Source: Dehalococcoidia bacterium (GTDB lineage Bacteria; Chloroflexota; Dehalococcoidia; GIF9; AB-539-J10). From it: a DNA stretch of 35,401 nt. Each line of letters starts with the position of its first letter. The first letter of the stretch is position 1. Below are positions 8,266-16,989 of the stretch, in pieces. The notes below the pieces were generated by a model. It did no database searches and had not been told where the DNA came from. It saw nothing but the letters and a program-made list of their open reading frames with translations. The stretch is taken from positions 1 through 35,401 of the forward strand of contig PWUO01000073.1 in the NCBI GenBank assembly GCA_003562555.1, written 5' to 3'. The translations under genes were made by a program, and so were the position numbers.

Positions 8266-8958
8266 ATGATGTTCAAACGGCACCGACTGATCTTAGTTGC
8301 GATCCCGCTACTGTCCCTTGCGGTTGCATGCAGTGCGCCCGGTGCTCCGTCAGTTCTGGAATCACAGGTTGCGGAACCGGAACCACAGGACATCGAGATT
8401 CATGATTCGGACTCACAGACGCCGGAGGATGAGGGAACCACGCCTTCCGCCTCCCTGCCAGCAATTACACCCGGTTCACGTGTCGACCCGTCAATCGGCA
8501 CGACTCACGTCTGGGACTACCCGACAGTTGCCGGGGATGAGGTGAAGAGTCTCCTGTCAGTCGCAGCTGCAAACGACCACGTGCATTTCGAAGTGCCCTT
8601 CTTCGGAGACATGGTGGAGTTCGTCGGCTATTTCATTGATGAGACATTCATCGTACGGGCAACGGTCTGCCCTGCCTGCGGAGAGCTGGCTGTCGACCGG
8701 GAAGGCGATGTACTCCTATGCGGTGCCTGTGGGACCGTCTTCGATGACGTGACCGGGCTATCGGAGAACGGTGATCCGGGATATCCCGAAGGACATGTGC
8801 CTGTAACGATATCAGGCGACACGATCACGATGTCGCTGGTCGATCTGCAACATGCGTACACACGAACTGCGTCTGGTACAGAGACTCTGACAGATCAGCC
8901 GGACGCGGCTGAGCAGGAAGCCGACGCCGTCCCTCTGCCTCCCTGTTGCGCAAGATGA
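8266..8958 (+). CDS. Lipoprotein paralogue 2 with Cys4 zinc-ribbon-like domain (DUF2318-like)
   Basis: Internal ATG at 8266 is preceded by AAGGAGG (8253-8259). Lipobox LSLAVAC, then an acidic linker. Core: HVHFEVP...FVGYFIDETFIVRATVCPACGELAVDREGDVLLCGACGTVFDDVTG...YPEG...VDLQHAYTRT. C-terminal PPCCAR tail. Confidence 0.8.
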   Translation: MMFKRHRLILVAIPLLSLAVACSAPGAPSVLESQVAEPEPQDIEIHDSDSQTPEDEGTTPSASLPAITPGSRVDPSIGTTHVWDYPTVAGDEVKSLLSVAAANDHVHFEVPFFGDMVEFVGYFIDETFIVRATVCPACGELAVDREGDVLLCGACGTVFDDVTGLSENGDPGYPEGHVPVTISGDTITMSLVDLQHAYTRTASGTETLTDQPDAAEQEADAVPLPPCCAR

Positions 8959-9010
8959 TGGAGTCGATACGATTCAGTTCGATTGACCTAATAGACTGGA
9001 GGAATTAGCA

Positions 9011-9490
9011 ATGAAACGACGATATGGTCTGATAGTGGCGGGAGCGCTGGCAAGCATACTTCTACTCGCGGCATGCGCGTCACCGGCAAGCAGCGGGGAG
9101 CCGATCCCCGGCACGTGGGTAGATGTGGAGATGAGCAATGGTACCGCCACGATGCCCCTCACGCTTCTTGAAGAACACACTAACCTGCACTTCGAAATGG
9201 AGCAGGAAGGGCAGCCCCTGGCGTTCATGGCTTACATACTTGATGGTGATATCCAGGTCAGGGCGAACGCATGTCCACCGTGTGGTTCGCGCGGCTTCAC
9301 TCTTAAGGGTAAGGTCCTGGACTGCGACGCCTGTCACACGTTATTCGACGCGCAGGACGGAAGTGGAATCGAAGGACCGTGTGCCAACTACCCCAAGGCC
9401 CTGGTGCCGCATTCCGTCAGCGGCGGCCGCATCACACTAACGGTGTCAGACCTGGTGAATGCCTACGAGGAGACTCTCATAGCGGGCTGA
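9011..9490 (+). CDS. Lipoprotein paralogue 3 (shortest) with Cys4(+1) zinc-ribbon-like domain (DUF2318-like)
   Basis: Lipobox LLLAAC. Core: NLHFEME...FMAYILDGDIQVRANACPPCGSRGFTLKGKVLDCDACHTLFDAQDGSGIEGPCANYPKA...SDLVNAYEET. RBS GGAGGA at 8997-9002. Confidence 0.8.
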   Translation: MKRRYGLIVAGALASILLLAACASPASSGEPIPGTWVDVEMSNGTATMPLTLLEEHTNLHFEMEQEGQPLAFMAYILDGDIQVRANACPPCGSRGFTLKGKVLDCDACHTLFDAQDGSGIEGPCANYPKALVPHSVSGGRITLTVSDLVNAYEETLIAG

Positions 9491-9648
9491 TACAACGCCG
9501 CATATTCACCTGGAACACCGCCCCAATTCACGGAGTCTTAACAATTGACTGTTAGCATCTCGTGTGAGAAGACGAGAGAGACCTGATGCACTGGCGAGGG
9601 CGCATCAACTACTTATAAGAAGCCGAATCGGTTAAAGAGGAGGAACAG

Positions 9649-9846
9649 GTGGAGATGTACGCGAGTGGTCTGTATACGGTTGGCGGCCTGATGATGATGC
9701 TCTTCCTATCCGCCTGTGCAGCGAAGGGAGACAACACGAGCGAGGGACCTACCCCGTCAGTCCAGGATAGACTGGCGACTGAAACCGTGGCGATCGGCGA
9801 TGGCGATGCCCGACAATTTGGTGATGGGATACCGGTCGCCGGCTAG
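9649..9846 (+). CDS. Small putative lipoprotein (65 aa; mature part about 40 aa, acidic)
   Basis: GAGGAGG lies 5 nt upstream of GTG at 9649 (alternative ATG at 9655). Signal peptide GLMMMLFLSAC has a lipobox. An intrinsic terminator follows directly. No family recognised. Confidence 0.5.
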   Translation: MEMYASGLYTVGGLMMMLFLSACAAKGDNTSEGPTPSVQDRLATETVAIGDGDARQFGDGIPVAG

Positions 9847-9877
9847 GCTCTAACACAACACACAACGTACGATCGAC

Positions 9878-9906
9878 GGGCGGCACATGCAGTGCCGCCC
9901 GTTTTC
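9878..9906 (+). terminator. Rho-independent terminator closing the rrf2-ABC-lipoprotein operon
   Basis: GGGCGGCAC-ATGCA-GTGCCGCCC is a perfect 9-bp GC stem, followed by GTTTTCC. Confidence 0.6.
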
Positions 9907-9988
9907 CGTGGTTCCACGTATCGCGGTCGGCTCTTCTCATCCTCTTCTTCTCTCTCGAAAGGACCCCCTGCCCGGGTTCACGACTCTC

Positions 9989-10017
9989 TTGACACCCACC
10001 CATTCCGCATCTATAGT
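9989..10017 (+). promoter_or_regulatory. Candidate sigma70 promoter (TTGACA-17-TATAGT)
   Basis: TTGACA at 9989-9994, exact 17-nt spacer, TATAGT at 10012-10017. It lies upstream of the membrane ORF and amidase on the same strand. Confidence 0.35.
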
Positions 10018-10126
10018 CACCACGACGACAGCCATCCGACTTCTACCTCCTGCATATCCGTTCTTGCCTGACGCCACCGGTCAGGGGATGAGTGTCCATC
10101 ATGATTTCACGTAAGGATTCTACGTC

Positions 10127-10471
10127 GTGATAGCTCGAGCAGCGATCATATGGGGCACCATGGGCCTGGTGATAGCCCTTGTCATCGACTTCGTCACTCC
10201 GTCTGCAGCCCACTTCTGGCTCTACGGTGGTTTCGGGTTCCTGGCTGGAGGCGGCTCTTGGGGACTCAACGAAGTGAGACGGATTCCCCAGGGACTCGTT
10301 GTTGGCACCATAGTCGGCTTCGTGGTGGGCTTCATCGACGGGACTATGGTGGCGGCGGCAACCTCCCCTGGCACGCTCAACCCCGCACCATTCATCGCCA
10401 TCAAGTACATCGCCACAACCGGCCTGTTCGCCCTCCTGGCAGTACTTCCGTGGACGCTGAGGTCGCTTTGA
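10127..10471 (+). CDS. Hypothetical small integral membrane protein (3-4 TM)
   Basis: Hydrophobic, Gly-rich segments (WGTMGLVIALVIDFV, FWLYGGFGFLAGGG, LVVGTIVGFVVGFI, TTGLFALLAVLPW). GTG start, alternative ATG at 10160. No family recognised. A long antisense ORF overlaps the region, so coding status is uncertain. Confidence 0.45.
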   Translation: MIARAAIIWGTMGLVIALVIDFVTPSAAHFWLYGGFGFLAGGGSWGLNEVRRIPQGLVVGTIVGFVVGFIDGTMVAAATSPGTLNPAPFIAIKYIATTGLFALLAVLPWTLRSL

Positions 10472-10578
10472 CACGATTCCAACTCGTCTGACGAACACGA
10501 AATGTGGCTTATCGAGTGCACATCGAAGCGCCACCCATTGCCACCAGTCATCTTGACCACGTAACCTGAACAGACGCC

Positions 10579-11985
10579 ATGCACGAGGACATCTGCTTCG
10601 CGGACGCCACCGAACTCGCTCGCCGGATCCGAAACCGGGAGATTTCTCCGGTTGAGCTCGTACGTGCCGTGCTGGAACGCATCTCCGCCATCAATCCGCA
10701 ACTTAACGCGATCGTGACCATGGCCGACGATGTCCTCGAGAACGCAAGGGCCTCCGAGCAGGCAGTGATGAGAGGTGACGCTTGCGGCCCACTGCACGGC
10801 GTTCCGTTCACGTGCAAGGACTCGTTCGAGGTGGCAGGCGTTCGCACGACGTGTGGATCGAAGCTGTTCGAGCATCGGATTTCCGACATTGATGCCACTG
10901 CGGTGGCTCGCCTGAAGGCTGCAGGGGCGATCTTTCTCGGCAAAACCAACACGCCCGAGTTCACCCTCTGGTGGGAGACCGATAACAGTATCTTCGGACG
11001 AACGAACAACCCCTGGGATCTTGGTCTCATCCCCGGTGGTTCCAGCGGGGGCGAGGCCGCCGCGCTTGCCACAGGGCTTACGCCCCTCGGTCTCGGGAGC
11101 GATGTGGGCGGTTCGCTTCGCATGCCCGCACACTATTGTGGCGTGGTGGGTTTCAAACCCACACACGGCCGCGTCCCACTGACCGGGCTGCTGCCCGATG
11201 TCCTGCTGCGAACTATGCACGTGGGGCCACTTGCGAGAACCGTGCGCGATGCTGCCCTCGCGTTGCATATCATGTCGGGAGTCGACGACATCGATCCATG
11301 GTGCATCCCCATGGATCCGCCGGCCCTTCCCGAAACCAACGCTCCACTGAAGCTGCGTGTCGGCTGGCTGGCGGACGAAGTGTTCGCACCGGTAGACCCT
11401 GGGATACAGACCATAGTGGAGAAGGCATCCGAGCGACTACGGCTCGCAGGATGCGAGGGGGAGCACGTCTCACTTCCGGGGCTGCAGGAGACCAACGCCC
11501 TCGATATTCCGGCGATCACCGGGAGCCTCGAGACAGGCTACTATTTCGAGCCGATAGTCCGCGGTCGTGAATCCGAGCTGTCACCGGTCATGCAGCGGCG
11601 CCTGGCCGCTCCGTGGCCTGACGTCCGGAACTACTGCAAGTGCATGGCGGACTGGGAGACGCTGAGACGGGGCATGGCAGCCTACTTCCGTGCGTATGAT
11701 CTCCTCCTGTGTCCCACGATGCCGTTGACGGCGTACCCGCACGGGCTCAGGGATCTCTGCATTGACGGCAGGAGTATCAAGGCGAGACGGAAGCTGATCT
11801 GTGTAAACCCGTGGAACCTCACCGGGTCCCCGGCGATGTCAGTGCCTTTCGGGCTGAGTTCCACCGGACTGCCAATCGGGATACAGCTCGTCGGCCGTCA
11901 TTTTCGGGAGGGAGACATCATTCGGGCGGCAATGGCTCTGGAGAAGGTGTCTGACGTACGTGATATCCACCCTCCCTTATCCTGA
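10579..11985 (+). CDS. Amidase-signature family enzyme (GatA-like amidase)
   Basis: LHGVPFTCKDSFEVAGVRTTCGS..., GGSSGGEAAALATG and GSDVGGSLRMPA form the amidase signature with the Ser-cisSer-Lys triad context. Confidence 0.9.
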   Translation: MHEDICFADATELARRIRNREISPVELVRAVLERISAINPQLNAIVTMADDVLENARASEQAVMRGDACGPLHGVPFTCKDSFEVAGVRTTCGSKLFEHRISDIDATAVARLKAAGAIFLGKTNTPEFTLWWETDNSIFGRTNNPWDLGLIPGGSSGGEAAALATGLTPLGLGSDVGGSLRMPAHYCGVVGFKPTHGRVPLTGLLPDVLLRTMHVGPLARTVRDAALALHIMSGVDDIDPWCIPMDPPALPETNAPLKLRVGWLADEVFAPVDPGIQTIVEKASERLRLAGCEGEHVSLPGLQETNALDIPAITGSLETGYYFEPIVRGRESELSPVMQRRLAAPWPDVRNYCKCMADWETLRRGMAAYFRAYDLLLCPTMPLTAYPHGLRDLCIDGRSIKARRKLICVNPWNLTGSPAMSVPFGLSSTGLPIGIQLVGRHFREGDIIRAAMALEKVSDVRDIHPPLS

Positions 11986-12053
11986 TGCGAATGCCCCACA
12001 CGCCATGGAAAGACCCTGACTGACGTCTCAGATTTACATCATCTACGGACATT

Positions 12054-13049
12054 CTACGTGTAAAGTGGGTCGATAACCGATCCCAGGTTCTCTCTCTCAG
12101 CCACCTCGAACGCCTTCCACGCCGTGACCACATCCTGTATGGCCAGACCCGTGGTGTCGAAAACGGTGATGTCCCGATCGTCGGTACGTCCGGGCTTGAG
12201 ACCGGCAGCTACCTCGGGAAGCTCCGCGTAGACGCCCGAGCGATCGAACTCATTGCGACTGACCGGCACGTTGATCTCGCCAGCATGACTCGCCTGCGTC
12301 CAATCATCGACCACCACTATCGAGCGCTTCAGGATGGCAGGGTCAATCTCCTGCTTGCCCTTCGCATAGGTGCCAACGCAGTTGATATGCATCCCTTCAC
12401 GTACCCATTCATCCCTGACGATGGGACGGTCGCTGGGCGTCGCCGTGACCAGTACATCGCAGCCCCTAACCACCTCCTCCACTGTCTCACAGGCACGCGC
12501 AGCCAGCCCGAACCCTTCCGCCATCTGAGCCAGATTCCTCGCACGTTCGGGAACAAGGTCCGTCACCAGCACCTCTTCAACAGGCATTGAGTGTCTTACC
12601 GCTTCGAGTTGAAACGGCCCCTGGAACCCGGCTCCCACGATCCCCAGCACGCGGGAAGCCTTCCGTGCCAGAAGCTTCGTCGCCACACCTGACACCGCGC
12701 CCGTTCGCATACCGGTGACGTACGTCCCGTCCATAATGCACACCGGTTCGCCGGTGTCCGGGCTGATGAGGACGATGGTGGCAATCAGCGTGGGAAGTCC
12801 GTGGTCCACTGGATTTCGTGTGTGCACGTTGATCAGTTTCACCGCTGCCTCGTCCATCTGCGGCAGACTTCCGGGCATGATAAGCAGTACGCCCTCGTGT
12901 GAGGGGAAATGAAGGTAGCTTTTCGGGGGCATTTCGGTTCGCCCCATGCCACGCTCGAAAAACGCCTGCTCGATCAGCGGCAACACGTCTCGCATATCCA
13001 ATGTGCCGTTCAGATCACTCGCCCTGAGGATGCGAAGTTTCCTCGCCAT
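12054..13049 (-). CDS. Ornithine cyclodeaminase / mu-crystallin family protein
   Basis: The internal ATG at 13049 (MARKLRIL...) is preceded by GAGGAG. Rossmann motif LGIVGAGFQG, then ...INCVGTYAKGKQEID..., typical of the OCD/mu-crystallin family. Confidence 0.88.
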   Translation of the reverse strand: MARKLRILRASDLNGTLDMRDVLPLIEQAFFERGMGRTEMPPKSYLHFPSHEGVLLIMPGSLPQMDEAAVKLINVHTRNPVDHGLPTLIATIVLISPDTGEPVCIMDGTYVTGMRTGAVSGVATKLLARKASRVLGIVGAGFQGPFQLEAVRHSMPVEEVLVTDLVPERARNLAQMAEGFGLAARACETVEEVVRGCDVLVTATPSDRPIVRDEWVREGMHINCVGTYAKGKQEIDPAILKRSIVVVDDWTQASHAGEINVPVSRNEFDRSGVYAELPEVAAGLKPGRTDDRDITVFDTTGLAIQDVVTAWKAFEVAERENLGSVIDPLYT

Positions 13050-13293
13050 GGTCTCGGCTCTCCTCTCTTCGAGAATCGCGATCATGCATAGTCTATCAGT
13101 GCCGGATTCCAGGGTAAGCAGGATCTGTCAGGACCAGTTCGCAAGCATTCTCCCTCAACTTCATGTGGGAGAGGCCACAGGTCCGTGAGGTGGTTAGTAA
13201 CGAACGTTGATCTTGGCAATATACGGCCCGTCACGGTAGACTACTCCACCACCAATTGACACACAGGGATACGACTACGGGAGGGAGAAGAGC

Positions 13294-13791
13294 ATGTCGA
13301 AGTCAGAAGAGCATATGAAGGAAGCGTTCGCGGGTGAATCGCAGGCGAACCGCAAGTATCTCGCGTTCGCACAGGCAGCAGACGAGGAAGGCTTGTCACA
13401 GGTCGCCCGCCTGTTTCGCGCCGCAGCCGAGGCGGAGACAGTGCACGCGCACAATCACTTGAGAGCACTCAAAGCTATCCGGAGCACCCGGGAGAATCTT
13501 GAGGAGGCCATCGCGGGCGAGACGCACGAGTTCACGCAAATGTACCCGGAGATGATCGAAGCGGCGAAGGAAGAGGGACACAGAGAGGCCTTGCAGTCCT
13601 TCAACTACGCCAACGAGGTGGAAAAGGTGCACGGCGCGCTGTTTGAGAACGCGTTGAGTACGCTTGGAGAGAAATGTGAGACGTACGTCTACTACGTCTG
13701 CCCGGTGTGCGGGTTCACCTCTGAAATGGACGCACCGTCAACCTGCCCCGTGTGCGGCACTCCCGGACGTATGTTCAAGAAGATTGACTAG
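13294..13791 (+). CDS. rbr: Rubrerythrin (di-iron four-helix bundle plus C-terminal rubredoxin-like domain)
   Basis: AFAGESQANRKYLAFA and E..H motifs (EAETVHAHNH; EVEKVHGALF). C-terminal CPVCG...CPVCG. RBS GGGAGGGAG. Confidence 0.93.
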   Translation: MSKSEEHMKEAFAGESQANRKYLAFAQAADEEGLSQVARLFRAAAEAETVHAHNHLRALKAIRSTRENLEEAIAGETHEFTQMYPEMIEAAKEEGHREALQSFNYANEVEKVHGALFENALSTLGEKCETYVYYVCPVCGFTSEMDAPSTCPVCGTPGRMFKKID

Positions 13792-13814
13792 CAGATCCCC
13801 GGATTGAAGGTGAT

Positions 13815-13844
13815 GCGGCCCGCACTGAGTGCGGGCCGCTATTT
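13815..13844. terminator. Bidirectional hairpin terminator between convergent rbr and the PLDc_N gene
   Basis: GCGGCCCGCAC-TGA-GTGCGGGCCGC is a perfect 11-bp stem, followed by TATTT on the plus strand. It overlaps the stop codon of the minus-strand gene. Confidence 0.55.
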
Positions 13845-14240
13845 ACTTGACTCAAGGAGCCGACGCGGTCGTCTTCCGAAATGATAGATTGCGGCGCCGA
13901 TAACGAACGTCAACACGATCGCCAGCACCCAGACCAGCTTGCCCATGCCATCACTGGGCTCATTCAGCAGGCAGTCTGCAAGGACGCTCACCCAGAATAT
14001 AAATGCGGCAAGCACAACACCCACGATCAGCAGCACCAGCATTGCCGACCAGGGCTCCCATTGCAGGACCATTGCCATTACAAGGAGGACGAGGTAGCCA
14101 CCTCCAAGGGCCGCAAGCAGCAGAGCAAGACTCCGCACCATCCAGCTCAGTGCCTTCCCGAATCGCCACACACCAATCGCGATGAGCGCGATGCCGACAG
14201 CGATCCACGCAATCAACACAATGATTCCAAGTGCAGTCAC
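13839..14240 (-). CDS. Small membrane protein with PLD-nuclease N-terminal (PLDc_N) type C-terminal motif
   Basis: GTG start with TAGGAGG upstream. Four TM segments. The C-terminal block WVSVLADCLLNEPSDGMGKLVWVLAIVLTFVIGAAIYHFGRRP fits the PLDc_N pattern. Confidence 0.7.
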   Translation of the reverse strand: MTALGIIVLIAWIAVGIALIAIGVWRFGKALSWMVRSLALLLAALGGGYLVLLVMAMVLQWEPWSAMLVLLIVGVVLAAFIFWVSVLADCLLNEPSDGMGKLVWVLAIVLTFVIGAAIYHFGRRPRRLLESSK

Positions 14241-14370
14241 AACAACCTCCTACGCAAGGTTCCCCAAGAAACCGAATGATGGTTCATGTGTGAGACGGAG
14301 AGGTCGAACTCGCGCATACGCGAAGGACATTGGTGCGTCCCCTGCTCCCGATGCCATTGCCGACCCTGCA

Positions 14371-14541
14371 TTAGCGGGCAGAGCACCAGTAGATCCCAAG
14401 CAAAGGCACCGCGCCACACAGCATCCTGTCGCCCGCCGTTCCCGCACCTAACCACAGGACCGCCGTGACGGCCAGCACAAAGGCAACCACAATAACTGCT
14501 ATCCACTCGCGCTTATTCAGATGCAGTCCTCTCCATCTCAT
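14371..14541 (-). CDS. Possible 56-aa two-TM membrane peptide (below the ORF-track size cut-off)
   Basis: My own translation of the minus strand gives MRWRGLHLNKREWIAVIVVAFVLAVTAVLWLGAGTAGDRMLCGAVPLLGIYWCSAR*. The RBS is weak and no family is recognised. Confidence 0.25.
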   Translation of the reverse strand: MRWRGLHLNKREWIAVIVVAFVLAVTAVLWLGAGTAGDRMLCGAVPLLGIYWCSAR

Positions 14542-14898
14542 CGGTTCCACCCCACAGGTTCACCAGCGCTACTCAGACACGTTACAAGACCAACGTCATG
14601 CTCGCCCGACCTGACCCTGCCTCCCGAGCGTCGCAGGAACACAACTCCCGGCGAGCCGTCAGCATTGGCCAATGCCCCAAGTACATCCCGACGCACAGAC
14701 TAGCGACCACACTTCCGCGAGACTTCCACCCATACGATACCGCACCGCGGCTACGTGCGCCAGCCCCGCTCTGCAACAACAGATCGTCGGAACGGCGGGG
14801 TTCTCACTGACATAAACTCCGCCAACATGCCTGGCCGGCATGCCGGAGGCTGAAATCGCCGGAACCGGGGCTTCCCACAGCGACCCTATCAGGCTAGA

Positions 14899-15294
14899 AT
14901 GGGGAATGTCGATGCAGGATGTGCGGGAGAACAGACCTTGACGAAGATTATCGCGCTCATCTATCGAAAGGCCGGCGTCAGCAGGGAACAGTTTCTCTCA
15001 TACTGGATGAATACTCACGGCCCTCTGATGTTGCAGATGGCGCCAGGACTCCTGCATTACACGCAGAACGTCCCGATGACGACCGCCGACAACCCCGAAG
15101 AGCCTGACGGCGTCGCCGAACTGTGGTTCGAGGACATGGACGCACTGGAGGAGTATCTGACCTGGCGCAATACCACGGACGCCGCGGAGTTACGGACAGA
15201 CGAGGATCTTTTCCAGGATTCGCGGCTCACCCGACGCTACGTCGTCGAGGAACACGTTTTCAAACGCCCCGCACCCACGAATCTCCCGGGATAG
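14899..15294 (+). CDS. EthD domain-containing protein
   Basis: KIIALIYRKAGVSREQFLSYWMNTHGPLM...PDGVAELWFEDMDALEEY fits the EthD pattern. The true start may be TTG at 14938 (GGGAGA RBS 7 nt upstream), because ATG 14899 overlaps a TAGAAT -10-like box. Confidence 0.75.
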   Translation: MGNVDAGCAGEQTLTKIIALIYRKAGVSREQFLSYWMNTHGPLMLQMAPGLLHYTQNVPMTTADNPEEPDGVAELWFEDMDALEEYLTWRNTTDAAELRTDEDLFQDSRLTRRYVVEEHVFKRPAPTNLPG

Positions 15295-15341
15295 AGGCAC
15301 TGCCACCGGGCCACGTCCGCGGAACCGAGAGGAGCACCACG

Positions 15342-15770
15342 ATGTACAGCAATCAGGCCACGCCACTGGAGATGACGCCGGAGGAAATGAACCGACTGCT
15401 GCACAAGGTCACCTACGGCCATATTGCCCTCGCCTTCGAGAATGAGGCCTACGTGGTTCCAGTCTCGTTCGTGTACGACGATTCCCTGATCTGGTTCCAC
15501 GTTCCCCGACAGGGAAAGGTCACCACATACCTTCAGGCGAATTCGCAGGCGTGCTTTCAGTTAGACGAGCTTTGTGGAGACCAGTGGGGCTCGGTTATCT
15601 GCTATGGAACCGCCACGTTGAGCGACTCTCTCGAGTCGAAACGCCAGTTCATCAGCCTGACTGAACAGCGAGAGCCCTCGGACGATGAGTTGCAGATGAT
15701 GGATGCATACATTTGCAGCCTGTCGATCGACGAGATGACCGGAAGAAGAACTCCCGATTACTCTGCCTAG
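15342..15770 (+). CDS. Pyridoxamine 5'-phosphate oxidase-like (FMN-binding split barrel) family protein
   Basis: The internal ATG at 15342 is preceded by GAGAGGAG. MTPEEMNRLLHKVTYGHIALAFENEAYVVPVSFVYDDSLIWFHVPRQGKVTTYLQANSQACFQLDE is the typical Pyridox_ox_2/NimA-like N-terminus. Confidence 0.8.
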   Translation: MYSNQATPLEMTPEEMNRLLHKVTYGHIALAFENEAYVVPVSFVYDDSLIWFHVPRQGKVTTYLQANSQACFQLDELCGDQWGSVICYGTATLSDSLESKRQFISLTEQREPSDDELQMMDAYICSLSIDEMTGRRTPDYSA

Positions 15771-16065
15771 ACGCAAGTACCCGTCTTGTCGAGTACAGGC
15801 AAAACGACTGCTCCCCTCTTGCGTCACACGCCTGCCGCAATCGTATGTCTCAATGCCCATGGTAACGCCTCAGCACTGAACCTTGAACGGGGTCCTTCAG
15901 TCTTTACTCGCCCGAATGAAGCTCCAGTTTGAGCCACCACTATTCACTGCGCTATCTTGGTGTTGGAGACTCCGGAGAGCCTTCTTGCAGCGATGATGAC
16001 GGCTTGGCCACGGAGTCAACGCATTCCAACGGGATCGCTAACAGGCTAAGCCAAAGGAGCTGATC

Positions 16066-16956
16066 ATGCTGGAAGCAGATTTCTTGCAGTCCGATCTCTT
16101 CACTCTCATAGTGGTGGCGTCCAGGATATTCTTGATTGTCCTCCTCGCAGTGATCGTCCGCTTCCTCCTCGCCCGCCTCATTCGCAGGAGCATCAAGGTC
16201 CGCATACCCCTCCTGGCCAAAGATGCGCCGCCACCGCTCGCTGACAGAACCAAGACAGTATCCACTGTGCTGGTTCAGATCACATCGGCAATCGTATGGC
16301 TGATCGCGGGGCTGATGATTCTCAGCGAGTTTGGCATGAACACAGGCCCTGTGCTTGCAACGCTCGGCCTCGGCGCCCTCGCGCTAGGCCTTGCTGCGCA
16401 GAATATCATCCGCGATTACCTGCATGGCATCTTCATCCTAATGGAGGACTGGTATCGAGTGGGTGAGGTGGCAGTGATATCCGGCACGGGCGGGCTCGTC
16501 GAAAGCATCAGTCTTCGGCGAACGCTTTTGCGTGACCTTCACGGAACGCTTCACATTATCCCCAACAGCAAGATCGATATGGCCAGCAATATGACGCGGG
16601 ACTGGTCCCGCATCAACTTGAACGTCAGCGTGGCCTATAAGGAAAACCTTACCCGCGTCTTCCAGGTCATCAACGAGGTCGGACAGGAGATGATGAATTC
16701 CCCTGAGTGGGGACAGAACCTCCTGACTGCCCCGGAGGCAACAAGGGTCGACAACTTCGGCGAAAGCGGCATCGAGATCAAGATCCTTGCCGATACCAAG
16801 CCCATCACTCAATGGGCACTCGCAGGTGAACTCAGGCGCAGGCTGAAGGAACGATTCGACGCCGAAGGTATAGAGATTCCCTGGCCTCACACCAAGTTGT
16901 ATTTCGGCAACGAACTACCCGGACCGTCGGGACAGATCCCGTCAGGTCAGGACTAA
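16066..16956 (+). CDS. Mechanosensitive ion channel (MscS) family protein
   Basis: Three N-terminal TMs. The MscS core is LGLAAQNIIRDYLHGIFILMEDWYRVGEVAVISGTGGLVESISLRRTLLRDLHGTLHIIPNSKI. RBS AAGGAG. Confidence 0.9.
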   Translation: MLEADFLQSDLFTLIVVASRIFLIVLLAVIVRFLLARLIRRSIKVRIPLLAKDAPPPLADRTKTVSTVLVQITSAIVWLIAGLMILSEFGMNTGPVLATLGLGALALGLAAQNIIRDYLHGIFILMEDWYRVGEVAVISGTGGLVESISLRRTLLRDLHGTLHIIPNSKIDMASNMTRDWSRINLNVSVAYKENLTRVFQVINEVGQEMMNSPEWGQNLLTAPEATRVDNFGESGIEIKILADTKPITQWALAGELRRRLKERFDAEGIEIPWPHTKLYFGNELPGPSGQIPSGQD

Positions 16957-16989
16957 CGCAGACGATTGCAGGGGCGGTGCGCTACGGCG

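Noticed and set aside
13200-13260. Possible PerR/Fur-type box upstream of rubrerythrin (AACG-AA-CGTT at about 13210-13219).
   Set aside because: It is only a 4-bp dyad and does not resemble the 7-1-7 Fur/PerR consensus.
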